From assembly GCA_002398515.1 (NCBI GenBank), contig DGZL01000166.1, positions 12,885 through 68,340 on the forward strand: 55,456 nucleotides of DNA, in the 5' to 3' direction. Below the pieces are notes generated by a model. It worked only from the letters and a program-made list of their open reading frames with translations. It made no database searches and had not been told where the DNA came from. Positions within the stretch are counted from its first letter, which is position 1; each line of letters opens with the position of its first letter. Below are positions 28,483-37,591 of this stretch, piece by piece. The position numbers were made by a program, and so were the translations under genes. Origin of the DNA: Firmicutes bacterium UBA4981 (GTDB lineage Bacteria; Bacillota; SHA-98; UBA4971).

Positions 28483-29577
28483 ATGGCAAAGGAAAACCGT
28501 ACTGAAGCCCCTACGCCGAGAAGACTGGAAGACGCAAGGAAACGTGGGCAAGTTGCGAAAAGCGTTGAAGTCAATAGTGCAGCGATACTTCTTGCTACGT
28601 TTGGTGTCCTAAGTGTTGTCGGTGGGCAACTAATTACCCAGCTTGGGGCCTTTATGAGGGATTTTTTAAGCCTGTCTCTTGTGCAGGGAGATTTTTCACC
28701 TGAAATGGTATGGAGGGGTGCACTTGATATTCTCGTTGCGACTGGGAATATGGTCTGGCCGGTTATGGCAGCAAGTGTCTTGACAGGGATTACAGTCAAC
28801 CTGGCTCAAGTAGGGTTTCTGTTTTCTTCTGAACCGGTCATACCCCGCCTTTCAAGGATCAATCCTATTGCCGGTCTCGGCAGGATCTTTTCCGGGCGGG
28901 CATTGATGGAGTTGCTGAAGTCTTGTGTCAAAACAGCAGTCATAGGGTTCTATGGATACTTGACATTACGCGATGTATACCCTGCTTTGCTTGCTACGTC
29001 TTACATAGAACCTCATCATATCGCATTCCAAATAGGAGGACTCATGATCCGGTTAGGTCTGCGCATTGCCGGTCTTTTGGGAATCATCGCAGTAATTGAC
29101 TATGTCTATCAGCGCAAGGAATTCTTGGACAACCTGAAGATGACCAGGGAGGAAGTGCGGGAAGAGCTCAGGCAAACAGAGGGGGACCCGATGTTACGGG
29201 CCAGAATCCGAGCAAGGCAAAGGCAGATAGCGATTTACAGGATGATGCACGAGGTTCCTAATGCTGACGTTGTTGTGACTAACCCTGTTCATCTGGCAGT
29301 AGCGCTCAAGTACGATGTTGAAACAACTATGGGAGCGCCCAGAGTTGTGGCTAAGGGAGCAAGGTTGATGGCGGATAGGATTCGAGAAACGGCGGTGGAA
29401 CACAGTGTGCCCGTTGTGGAGAACAAACCACTGGCGCAGGCGCTTTACAAGGCAGTGGAAATAGGCGAGGAAATTCCTTCGCATCTTTATAAGGCTGTAG
29501 CTGAGCTCCTCGCATATGTTTATCACCTGAATAGAACCGGGGGAGCAACAACGGCGAGAGACTGGGGGCGGACATAA
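28483..29577 (+). CDS. flhB: Flagellar export switch protein FlhB
   Basis: RTEAPTPRRLEDARKRGQVAKS N-terminus. KMTREEVREELRQTEGDP. The autocleavage site reads NPVH (29281-29292). Confidence 0.93.
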   Translation: MAKENRTEAPTPRRLEDARKRGQVAKSVEVNSAAILLATFGVLSVVGGQLITQLGAFMRDFLSLSLVQGDFSPEMVWRGALDILVATGNMVWPVMAASVLTGITVNLAQVGFLFSSEPVIPRLSRINPIAGLGRIFSGRALMELLKSCVKTAVIGFYGYLTLRDVYPALLATSYIEPHHIAFQIGGLMIRLGLRIAGLLGIIAVIDYVYQRKEFLDNLKMTREEVREELRQTEGDPMLRARIRARQRQIAIYRMMHEVPNADVVVTNPVHLAVALKYDVETTMGAPRVVAKGARLMADRIRETAVEHSVPVVENKPLAQALYKAVEIGEEIPSHLYKAVAELLAYVYHLNRTGGATTARDWGRT

Positions 29578-29583
29578 CCCAAA

Positions 29584-31665
29584 ATGGCAGTAAGTAGGAC
29601 GGAAACCCGAAGTCTGGGTAGACTGACAAAATACAGCGATATACTTGTTGCAGGATTGGTTGTTCTCATATTGGTAATGATGGTTGTGCCTCTTCCTGCG
29701 TTCCTTTTGGATGCCCTTTTGGTCCTTAACATAACCTGTGCGCTGGTCATACTCTTGCTCACCATGTACACGAAGGACGCTTTGGAATTCTCGTCATTCC
29801 CGTCGATGTTGCTGATAGCTACCTTGTTCCGACTTGCGCTCAATGTCTCTTCCACGAGACTCATTCTGCTTCACGGGTATGCAGGACGCGTCATTGAGGC
29901 CTTCGGCAACTTTGTGGTGGGCGGAAACTACGTTGTGGGTATGGTTGTATTCATAATCCTTGTTATCATACAGTTTGTCGTTATCACAAACGGAGCGGGA
30001 AGGGTTGCCGAGGTCGCAGCTAGATTCACTCTCGACGCTATGCCGGGTAAACAGATGGCTATTGACGCTGACCTCAACGCAGGCCTCATAGATGAGGAAG
30101 AAGCAAGAATCAGGCGCCGCACCGTAGAACTGGAAGCAGACTTTTACGGTGCAATGGATGGGGCCAGCAAGTTTGTGAGAGGAGACGCCATTGCCGGAGT
30201 GGTAATCACTGTGGTTAATATCATAGGCGGTATTATCATCGGTATGGTGCAATTTGGCCTTCCTGCTGTAGAGGCACTTCAAAGATACGCCCTGCTTACT
30301 GTCGGAGACGGACTGGTATCCCAGATACCGGCGCTCTTGATTTCTACCGCAACCGGCATTATTGTGACTCGTGCTGCTGCACAGTCCAGTTTTGGGCAGG
30401 AAGTTACAGGACAGCTTCTTGCGCAACCCAGAGTCTTGGCAATTGCTACAGGGTTGCTTGTTATGTTCGGGCTGGTGCCCGGCCTTCCTAAAGTGCCGTT
30501 TTTCGCGCTTGCAGCCATAAGCGGAGTTCTTACCTATGTTGTAAGTGCGCACGAAGAGGCGGAAACAAAGGCCGACGAGGAATTGAAGGAGCGGGCTCTT
30601 CAAGCAAGACAACCGGAAAGTGTTATGCCGTTACTCGCAGTGGATCCGCTTGAGCTTGAGATTGGGTACGGGTTACTTTCGTTTGCTGATGAGACATCGG
30701 AGGACGGAGGGCTTCTTAGAAGGGTTACGATGGTGAGGCGTCAAATTGCCCTGGAACTTGGCCTTGTTCTTCCGCATGTCCGTATCCGTGATAATATACA
30801 ACTTTCGCCTACCGACTATGTCATAAAAATCCGTGGCATAGAGGTAGCTCAGGGAGAAATCATGGTAGGGCATTATCTTGCTATGGATTCCGGTATTGTT
30901 ACGCAGCCTGTGCCCGGGATTGAGACTGCTGAGCCTGCTTTTGGGCTTCCGGCTTTATGGATAACTGAGTCAGAAAGAGAAAGGGCGGAAATTGCCGGAT
31001 ATACAGTGGTTGATCCGGTATCAGTCATCGTGACTCATCTTACGGAAGTAATCCGGAGACATGCAGCTGAACTCCTCGGGCGACAAAACACTTCTGATCT
31101 TATTGAAAATATCAGAAAGATAGAACCCGCGGTCGTAGACGAGTTGATTCCGAATTTGATGACCATAGGGGAAGTGCAGAAGGTGTTGCAAAATCTTCTA
31201 CGTGAAGGAGTGCCGATCCGAAATACATCTGTAATCCTGGAAGCGTTGGGAGATCAAGCAGGTGTGACACGTGATCCGAATATGCTGACTGAATACGCCA
31301 GATCCGCTCTTGCCCGGGTGATATCAAGACAGTACAGGGGTTCCGGCGGGGAGATAGTCGTAGCGACTGTGGATCCTGAGATAGAAGAGGGGATTGCAAG
31401 GTTGATGGAGGCGTCACCTGACACGGGAATGCTCGGGCCGGATCGCAACTTCTCTCAGACAGTCGTAAGTCAGGTTGCCCAAATGGCAGAGAAGATGGCT
31501 GCAGGTGGACATCAACCGATAGTACTGACTCGTCCGGGAGTCAGAGTCTATCTCAAAAGAATAATTGAACGGGTTTTGCCCAACGTGGTAGTGCTTTCCT
31601 ACAGTGAGATATCTGACGACGAGAAGGTTCGGTCAGTTGGGATGGTGAGTCTAGGTGAGGATTAA
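29584..31665 (+). CDS. flhA: Flagellar export gate protein FlhA
   Basis: 693 aa. RVAEVAARFTLDAMPGKQMAIDADLNAGLI, GAMDGASKFVRGDAIAG. Confidence 0.95.
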   Translation: MAVSRTETRSLGRLTKYSDILVAGLVVLILVMMVVPLPAFLLDALLVLNITCALVILLLTMYTKDALEFSSFPSMLLIATLFRLALNVSSTRLILLHGYAGRVIEAFGNFVVGGNYVVGMVVFIILVIIQFVVITNGAGRVAEVAARFTLDAMPGKQMAIDADLNAGLIDEEEARIRRRTVELEADFYGAMDGASKFVRGDAIAGVVITVVNIIGGIIIGMVQFGLPAVEALQRYALLTVGDGLVSQIPALLISTATGIIVTRAAAQSSFGQEVTGQLLAQPRVLAIATGLLVMFGLVPGLPKVPFFALAAISGVLTYVVSAHEEAETKADEELKERALQARQPESVMPLLAVDPLELEIGYGLLSFADETSEDGGLLRRVTMVRRQIALELGLVLPHVRIRDNIQLSPTDYVIKIRGIEVAQGEIMVGHYLAMDSGIVTQPVPGIETAEPAFGLPALWITESERERAEIAGYTVVDPVSVIVTHLTEVIRRHAAELLGRQNTSDLIENIRKIEPAVVDELIPNLMTIGEVQKVLQNLLREGVPIRNTSVILEALGDQAGVTRDPNMLTEYARSALARVISRQYRGSGGEIVVATVDPEIEEGIARLMEASPDTGMLGPDRNFSQTVVSQVAQMAEKMAAGGHQPIVLTRPGVRVYLKRIIERVLPNVVVLSYSEISDDEKVRSVGMVSLGED

Positions 31666-32830
31666 GAGGTACACTGCCAGGACAATACATGAGGCTTTGG
31701 ATGCGGTGAGACGAGATTTGGGATCTGACGCAGTAATAATGCATACTCGAAAGCTACCTCCGACATGGCTCGGGAAGCTATTGCGCTTGGAGAAATTTGA
31801 AGTCATTGCCGCTGTTGACGCAAATATCCGGAAACAAGCTGCCGGTAGTATGCAGGCGTTTACACCTCAGGCGCATCGAGTGGGCACAGTGGGCATCGAT
31901 CTGATGGAAGAGCCGTTGTGCCATGACAAAAGCCTCCCTAATGAGTCGGAAACGGAGAGTGTGGTACGGGGATACCGGAGTCGTTCCAAAGGGCGGAAGG
32001 TGCCGGGCCAGGCTGTTCCCGGCGCCGACTTCATCAGGATACATGAGCATCTTCTTGACTCTGATATGGATCCGGAACTGGCTGAGATACTTATCAGAAA
32101 TTCAAGAATGAAATGGCGAGAAGCCCAACTTGCAGGCAAGACAGTTCATGAACTTATACTGGAACAGATGACAGCTATGCTGCCTACTGCCAATGGCATT
32201 ACATTGACATCCGGTGTGAGAAAAGTCGTTGCGCTTGTAGGACCGACAGGAGTAGGGAAGACTACGACTCTTGCAAAAATCGGGGCGCTGTTTGCCATAT
32301 TCGGGCAAAAGAAGGTGGCCTTCGTCACTGCAGACACATATCGGGTTGCGGCCATGGAGCAACTGCGCACTTATGCCCAGATAATCGATGTGCCTTTGGA
32401 AGTCGTCTATACGCCTCAAGGTATGCATGATGCCCTCAGAAAACACACAGATGCTGACCTGGTTTTAATAGATACTGCAGGCAGAAATCCAAGAAGTGAT
32501 ATGTCCATGGCTGAGCTCAAAGCAATTCTCGATGCATCTCAGGCTGACGAAATTCATCTGGTTGTAAGCATGAACACGAGGGCTTGCGATCTCTTTGAGA
32601 TAGTAGACAGGTTCACTGCATGCGGGATAAACAGGCTCATTTTTTCCAAACTCGATGAGACGACCAGGCTTGGGCCGATGCTGACGATAGTGAATTTATA
32701 TGATATTGCTATTTCCTATGTGACATACGGCCAGAATGTTCCTCAGGACATACGAGCAGCTGACCCGGCTTATCTTGCCAAGTGTTTGCTGGATACAGAG
32801 AGTGTATACCCAACTATGACCCATGAGTAG
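31655..32830 (+). CDS. flhF: Flagellar biosynthesis SRP-type GTPase FlhF
   Basis: MRIKRYTARTIHEALDAVRRDLGSDAVI N-terminus. GPTGVGKTTTLAKI, DTAGR, SKLDET GTPase motifs. Confidence 0.92.
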   Translation: MRIKRYTARTIHEALDAVRRDLGSDAVIMHTRKLPPTWLGKLLRLEKFEVIAAVDANIRKQAAGSMQAFTPQAHRVGTVGIDLMEEPLCHDKSLPNESETESVVRGYRSRSKGRKVPGQAVPGADFIRIHEHLLDSDMDPELAEILIRNSRMKWREAQLAGKTVHELILEQMTAMLPTANGITLTSGVRKVVALVGPTGVGKTTTLAKIGALFAIFGQKKVAFVTADTYRVAAMEQLRTYAQIIDVPLEVVYTPQGMHDALRKHTDADLVLIDTAGRNPRSDMSMAELKAILDASQADEIHLVVSMNTRACDLFEIVDRFTACGINRLIFSKLDETTRLGPMLTIVNLYDIAISYVTYGQNVPQDIRAADPAYLAKCLLDTESVYPTMTHE

Positions 32831-32842
32831 GTGGATAGAAGC

Positions 32843-33784
32843 ATGAGTGAGCAAGCGAAATATCTCCGGAAAGTAGTTGAAGACTACGGGGAACGGTGTT
32901 TGCGCGGAACGCACAAATCGCCTGCCGGTCCTCAACGAATTATTGCCGTAACCAGTGGTAAGGGAGGAGTAGGCAAGTCAAACCTTGTCATCAATATGTC
33001 AATAGCCTTAGCTTCAGGCGGTATGCGAGTTCTGGTAATCGATGCTGACCTCGGCCTGGCCAACATTGACCTATTGCTGGGTATCCATACTCGACATACT
33101 CTTGAGCATGTAGCTACCGGAAAAGCGAGCCTGGAGGAGATACAAGTCACCGGGCCGGGCGGTATCAGAATAATCCCCGGCGGGTCCGGAGCTCAATGCT
33201 TGCTTCGCGCATCAGAGGAAGAGAGAAATGCTCTCATGGAGAGTTTGGAAACGCTTGAAGATCAGGCTGACTTCATCATCATCGATACAGGCGCAGGGCT
33301 TTCACCAAATGTTCTTGCATTTCTTGCATTTGTGGAAGAGATAATTGTTGTTACAACTCCTGAGCCTACTGCAGTAGCGGACGCTTATGCTACAGTGAAG
33401 ACCATCGCTTACGAAAATCCCGGCGCATCCATTATGCTCGTGGTCAACATGGCAAAAGACAGAAAGAACGCCAAAGAGATTGCAGACAACATATCCATTG
33501 TGGCTAAGAGGTTCCTTGCCGTAGATACAAGTTTCTTAGGATTTGTGCCGAGAGATCCTATGGTAGTGAAAGCCGTGGCTTCACAGCAACCGTTTCTCTT
33601 GAGCTACCCTTCAAGTAATGCGTCGCAAGCAATCATTAGACTGACCGAGAAGCTCACGGGTGTAAGTCGGGTAGCAAGCGACGACATGCGGGGCCTGGCA
33701 GGGTTGTTCGCTAGGATTTTCCATCGTGTTGAGAGAGGTCATATTGAAGACGGATTGCAACAAGGAAGAAATCCAATAGGATAG
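32843..33784 (+). CDS. flhG: MinD/ParA-type ATPase FlhG (YlxH)
   Basis: Deviant Walker A VTSGKGGVGKSN. IIIDTGAG. ATG 32843 lies 8 nt after AGGTGGA. Confidence 0.88.
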   Translation: MSEQAKYLRKVVEDYGERCLRGTHKSPAGPQRIIAVTSGKGGVGKSNLVINMSIALASGGMRVLVIDADLGLANIDLLLGIHTRHTLEHVATGKASLEEIQVTGPGGIRIIPGGSGAQCLLRASEEERNALMESLETLEDQADFIIIDTGAGLSPNVLAFLAFVEEIIVVTTPEPTAVADAYATVKTIAYENPGASIMLVVNMAKDRKNAKEIADNISIVAKRFLAVDTSFLGFVPRDPMVVKAVASQQPFLLSYPSSNASQAIIRLTEKLTGVSRVASDDMRGLAGLFARIFHRVERGHIEDGLQQGRNPIG

Positions 33785-34491
33785 TGGTATTTGTGAATGT
33801 GACGTATGTCGAGCGTATCCTAGATGTGAATAGGAAGGTAACCATTGTCATCTTGGAAGGGCATTACCGAGGTAGATATCCCAGTCGAATCGAAGATATG
33901 GGACAAGTATTGCTTTTGGCTGCGCCGACGCGTAAAGGCGCTGTGGTAAGGCTTAATGTGGGAGAGCCCATACGTGTAGAGATCTTAGCGAAGGGCGGAG
34001 TATATGCTTTTGATGCGTATGTAGATTCCATAACTTTAGAACCTATTCCTATCATCGGAGTAGGCGCACCTGAGAACTTCTCGCGGATCCAGAGAAGGGA
34101 ATTTGTAAGAGTTGCTGTCAACCTCCCTGTAAAATACCGGCCTTTGAAACCTGCCTCGGAAGACCCCTCAGGATATAAGAGTGCGCATATTGTTAATCTT
34201 TCAGGAGGAGGGGCAAGAATCGCAATTTGGCATGTGCCGAAGGACGGGGACTTGGATGAGAATAAGAACCTGGATGTCGGCTCCAGGCTGCAATTGGAGT
34301 TTGAGTTGCCATGTGGGAGCAAGATCAAGGCGGAGGCAGTCATAATCCGCATAGCAGGCAAAAGAACGGAAAAAGGAATGTGCCACAATATCGCAGTAGA
34401 ATTCACTGAGATAGATCAGAAAGAACAAGACGACATTGCCAGACATGTCCTTGAATGTCAGTATGAAATGCGTCGTAAGGGGTTGTTGTGA
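33784..34491 (+). CDS. PilZ-domain (YcgR/MotI-like) c-di-GMP receptor
   Basis: QRREFVRV (RxxxR) and NLSGGGARI (D/NxSxxG) PilZ motifs, preceded by an N-terminal domain of about 100 aa. GTG start overlapping the flhG stop. Confidence 0.8.
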   Translation: MVFVNVTYVERILDVNRKVTIVILEGHYRGRYPSRIEDMGQVLLLAAPTRKGAVVRLNVGEPIRVEILAKGGVYAFDAYVDSITLEPIPIIGVGAPENFSRIQRREFVRVAVNLPVKYRPLKPASEDPSGYKSAHIVNLSGGGARIAIWHVPKDGDLDENKNLDVGSRLQLEFELPCGSKIKAEAVIIRIAGKRTEKGMCHNIAVEFTEIDQKEQDDIARHVLECQYEMRRKGLL

Positions 34492-34494
34492 GGC

Positions 34495-35250
34495 ATGCTT
34501 CATCCAAGGATCTGGCAGGATTATAAGCTTGCGCGAAAACCGGGCACGAGGCAAGAGCTAATCAAGGGGTACCTTCCGCTTGTCACCACTATTGCAGGTA
34601 GGGTCAGCATGAAATGCCCATCTCTGGTTGATTACGGGGATCTTGTCGGATGGGGGGTCATAGGACTTATTGAATCCATAGACAGATTCGATCCGGTCAA
34701 AGGCGTTAAGTTCGAGACTTTTGCAAAGTCGAGAATAAGAGGCGCCATGATAGACGGCCTCCGAGAAATGGATTGGGTGACTCGGTCGACACGGAAGAAG
34801 GCAAAACAGGTGGAGCGTGCGTACAGCGATCTCGAAAGAACGCTGGGCAGGGCAGCCACAGACAGAGAAGTCGCCTGTCGGCTTGGTGTAAGCCTTGGCG
34901 AGTTTCATCGGGTCTTATCAGACATATCCCAGGGTGCGGTGCTTTCTCTTGATGAGATGATTCAGGTCCGCCAAAAAGGGGGGACTATCACTCTTTTGGA
35001 TGCTGTTGCGGATACGGAGAGTCCTGATCCGTACCTGGAATATGAGGCGGAGGAAATGAGAACGCTGCTTGCGAAAGCCATAGATGAACTCCCTCAGCGA
35101 GAGAAATTGGTTATCACCCTTCACTATTACCATGGCCTTATGATAAAGGAGATCGCAGATCTCTTGAACATAACAAATGGCAGGGTATCGCAGCTTCATA
35201 CCCAGGCAACTCTACGGCTCAGGGCACGTCTTTCAAGCGCCAAAGATTGA
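34495..35250 (+). CDS. fliA: Flagellar RNA polymerase sigma factor (FliA/SigD/WhiG family)
   Basis: Region 2 (DLVGWGVIGLIESIDRFDPVKGVKFETFAKSRIRGAMID) and region 4 HTH (MIKEIADLLNITNGRVSQLHTQA). Sits at the end of the fla operon. Confidence 0.92.
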   Translation: MLHPRIWQDYKLARKPGTRQELIKGYLPLVTTIAGRVSMKCPSLVDYGDLVGWGVIGLIESIDRFDPVKGVKFETFAKSRIRGAMIDGLREMDWVTRSTRKKAKQVERAYSDLERTLGRAATDREVACRLGVSLGEFHRVLSDISQGAVLSLDEMIQVRQKGGTITLLDAVADTESPDPYLEYEAEEMRTLLAKAIDELPQREKLVITLHYYHGLMIKEIADLLNITNGRVSQLHTQATLRLRARLSSAKD

Positions 35251-35308
35251 GTAGGTGTCGCGCATCCCGCGCGGGTGTATGGATTGAAACAGAAAGGGAG
35301 GCGAGGGA

Positions 35309-35671
35309 GTGTCCATGAGATCAATCGATGTCCGGAATGTCATTGCAAAAAGCAAGGAAATCGAAGAAATCCAGAGGGCTCACAATAGAGTGACCACCAC
35401 CGGACAGCAAGCGTTTGAGGCTGAGCTTTCGAAGCGAGCGGAAGAAAAGTCCAGCAAGGTTCAGTCGCCTCCGGAAACACAGCATGAGAAAATCCGCAGT
35501 GAGGATAAAGGACGGGGAGACGGGGCGGAGAAAGGCGAACAGGATGAGAGAATGAGTTCTAAGGGTGCTGTGGGCGGGGGAGACGTTGAGGGTAGAGGAG
35601 ATGCCGGTGACCCTGACGGGGATTTCAACATACTTCCCCTTCCCGGCCAAATAATTGATGTGGAGGTCTAG
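35309..35671 (+). CDS. Hypothetical protein, helical N-terminus and Gly/Asp/Glu-rich low-complexity tail
   Basis: RBS AAGGGAGGCGAGGGAG before GTG 35309 / ATG 35315. No family recognised. The competing antisense ORF 35321..35989 has no RBS. Confidence 0.5.
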   Translation: MSMRSIDVRNVIAKSKEIEEIQRAHNRVTTTGQQAFEAELSKRAEEKSSKVQSPPETQHEKIRSEDKGRGDGAEKGEQDERMSSKGAVGGGDVEGRGDAGDPDGDFNILPLPGQIIDVEV

Positions 35672-35675
35672 TCCT

Positions 35676-36281
35676 GTGAAAGTCTGGATGATAGTACGAA
35701 GTATTCTTTTTGGAATAGCTAAACTGGCAGGAGCTCTTGTATTACTGGGTTTTTCTCTTGGCGTAACCGGGGGTGGCAAGCTGAAAGCAGATTCTTCGGC
35801 TTCTAGGGAGGACGAGGAATTGAAGACACAGGATACGGTGGAAGACATGACGAAGGCTATAGAGAACGCCGCAAAGCAGGTCATCAAGGATCTTGAGGAG
35901 CGTACTATGGTAGCAGTCAGGTTACTGGATGAAGCTGAGGAGAAAATTGCCCGCCTCAAAGGCATGCTGGATGTCCAAATCAAAGGCATGCCGGATGCCT
36001 GTGGGGAGCACGTGTTAGGCGAGGCGATTTTCCCGGAGATGACATCAGAGGAGCAAGCGCAAGAGGGGCAATCGTCAGTCTGCGAAGAAACAGGGCAGGA
36101 ATTATCTGTGCCTCAGGCCTCCGAGACAGTAGTGCCGGTTGAGAAATCCCCTAACAAGAAGCATGCTCTTGTTTGTCAGCTGGCAGGTGAAGGACTGAGC
36201 CTTCAAGAAATCGCTGAGAAGGCCGGGATAGGATGCGGTGAAGTTGAGTTAATCTTGAACCTGAGGGGTATCGGCGATTAG
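35676..36281 (+). CDS. Hypothetical single-pass membrane protein with a C-terminal HTH-like motif (swrB-like position)
   Basis: GTG 35676 lies 9 nt after GGAGG. N-terminal TM (ILFGIAKLAGALVLLGFSLGV), acidic coiled coil, C-terminal LSLQEIAEKAGIGCGEVELILNL. Confidence 0.55.
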   Translation: MKVWMIVRSILFGIAKLAGALVLLGFSLGVTGGGKLKADSSASREDEELKTQDTVEDMTKAIENAAKQVIKDLEERTMVAVRLLDEAEEKIARLKGMLDVQIKGMPDACGEHVLGEAIFPEMTSEEQAQEGQSSVCEETGQELSVPQASETVVPVEKSPNKKHALVCQLAGEGLSLQEIAEKAGIGCGEVELILNLRGIGD

Positions 36282-37495
36282 AGGAGGTCTCTCTTAAGTT
36301 CAGTTATAAGCGCAGGTATAATCTCCAGAGCATCTCCTATTATGCCGTAGGTGGCTATGGAAAATATCGGCGCGTTGGGATCTTTGTTAATGGCGACTAT
36401 TACGTTGGATGAGGACATTCCCGCTAAATGCTGGACAGCGCCGGATATGCCGCAAGCGACATAGAGCTTTGGTCTCACAGTCTTACCGGTTTGTCCTACT
36501 TGGTGCGCATATGGTATCCAACCTGCGTCTACTGCGGCTCGCGAGGCGCCTACTGCGCCTCCCAGCAGTTGGGCAAGCTCCTCCAGGAGCGCAAAATTCT
36601 CAGGTTTCCCAAGGCCTCTACCGCCTGATACTACTATATCCGCTTCTTGGATATTTGATTGCTGCCCGGACGTCTGGTGTGTTTCCAGAAGCCTCGCGCG
36701 TGGAGGCATTATTTCCCGGGAAAGCTTGACTATTTTACCGGTCCGGGCCTCATCACGCGTTGAGGTTTTCATGACTTTCGGACGTACTGTTGCCATTTGA
36801 GGACGCTTTTCCGGACAGACAATAGTAGCCATGATATTTCCGCCGAACGCAGGCCTGGTTTGAAGGAGCAGCTTGGTTTCTTTGTCAATGGCAAGTCCGG
36901 TGCAGTCTGCAGTAAGCCCGGTCTTCAGCTTGACCGCTATCCTTGGGGCAAGAGATCTCCCGACAGTGGTGGCTCCGAAAAGAAAAACAGAAGGCCGGTA
37001 TTCCATTACAAGCTCGGCAATTACCTGGGCATAAGGCTCATCTTGGAAGTTGTCAAGGGCAGGATCGTCAACCAGGTATACTTTGCTTGCGCCGTACTTC
37101 ATCATCTCCTCCGCCACGTGTTCAACGTCATATCCCAAGAGGACAGCGCACAGTTCTTCGCCTAAGTCCGATGCCAACTTCTCCCCTTCACCCAGCAGTT
37201 CGTACGCGACTCCTGCAGGCTTACCGTTGCGTTGCTCTACGAATATCCACACTCCGCCTCCTTGCCGGTCATGCGATTCGGACTCTTCCTCTTCAGCTTC
37301 AGAGCCCTTGGACGACCGGACTGGGTCGGTCACAACAATGGCTTCCGAAGGGCATTCTCCAACGCAGGCCCCACAGAGAACACAATTGTCCAGAAGATAA
37401 GCGATGCCATCTCTGATTTCTATAGCATTGTACGGGCAGGCAAGGACGCATGCCTTACAGCCTGTGCAATTACTTGAAATAATCTCAACTGACAT
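36278..37495 (-). CDS. etfA: Electron transfer flavoprotein alpha subunit with an N-terminal 2x[4Fe-4S] ferredoxin domain
   Basis: CTGCKACVLACP and CVLCGACVGECP motifs. The ETF-alpha core follows, with LYVACGISGAVQHLAGM. ATG 37495 is preceded by a G-rich RBS. The ORF-track TTG is 37528. Confidence 0.88.
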   Translation of the reverse strand: MSVEIISSNCTGCKACVLACPYNAIEIRDGIAYLLDNCVLCGACVGECPSEAIVVTDPVRSSKGSEAEEEESESHDRQGGGVWIFVEQRNGKPAGVAYELLGEGEKLASDLGEELCAVLLGYDVEHVAEEMMKYGASKVYLVDDPALDNFQDEPYAQVIAELVMEYRPSVFLFGATTVGRSLAPRIAVKLKTGLTADCTGLAIDKETKLLLQTRPAFGGNIMATIVCPEKRPQMATVRPKVMKTSTRDEARTGKIVKLSREIMPPRARLLETHQTSGQQSNIQEADIVVSGGRGLGKPENFALLEELAQLLGGAVGASRAAVDAGWIPYAHQVGQTGKTVRPKLYVACGISGAVQHLAGMSSSNVIVAINKDPNAPIFSIATYGIIGDALEIIPALITELKRDLL

Positions 37496-37591
37496 TGGTT
37501 GATGCCCCCCGTTTTCCAAGTTGCGCAAAGGGTATGTAACTTGTCTTCTTAGAGTATACTGTCTGGCTTCTTACGGTATATAGCTAAGGTC

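Noticed and set aside
29794-30612. 272-aa - strand ORF inside flhA, and the similar long antisense ORFs at 13949..14557, 9144..9764, 25536..26027, 33864..34406 and 52337..52870
   Set aside because: Each lies entirely within a strongly supported conserved gene on the other strand. They reflect codon-bias-driven absence of stops, not coding capacity.
35321-35989. 222-aa ORF on the - strand spanning the two post-fliA genes
   Set aside because: It has no RBS. It is antisense to two + strand frames that each have good Shine-Dalgarno sequences and tight operon spacing. Its Ser/Ala/Leu-rich composition is typical of a shadow ORF.
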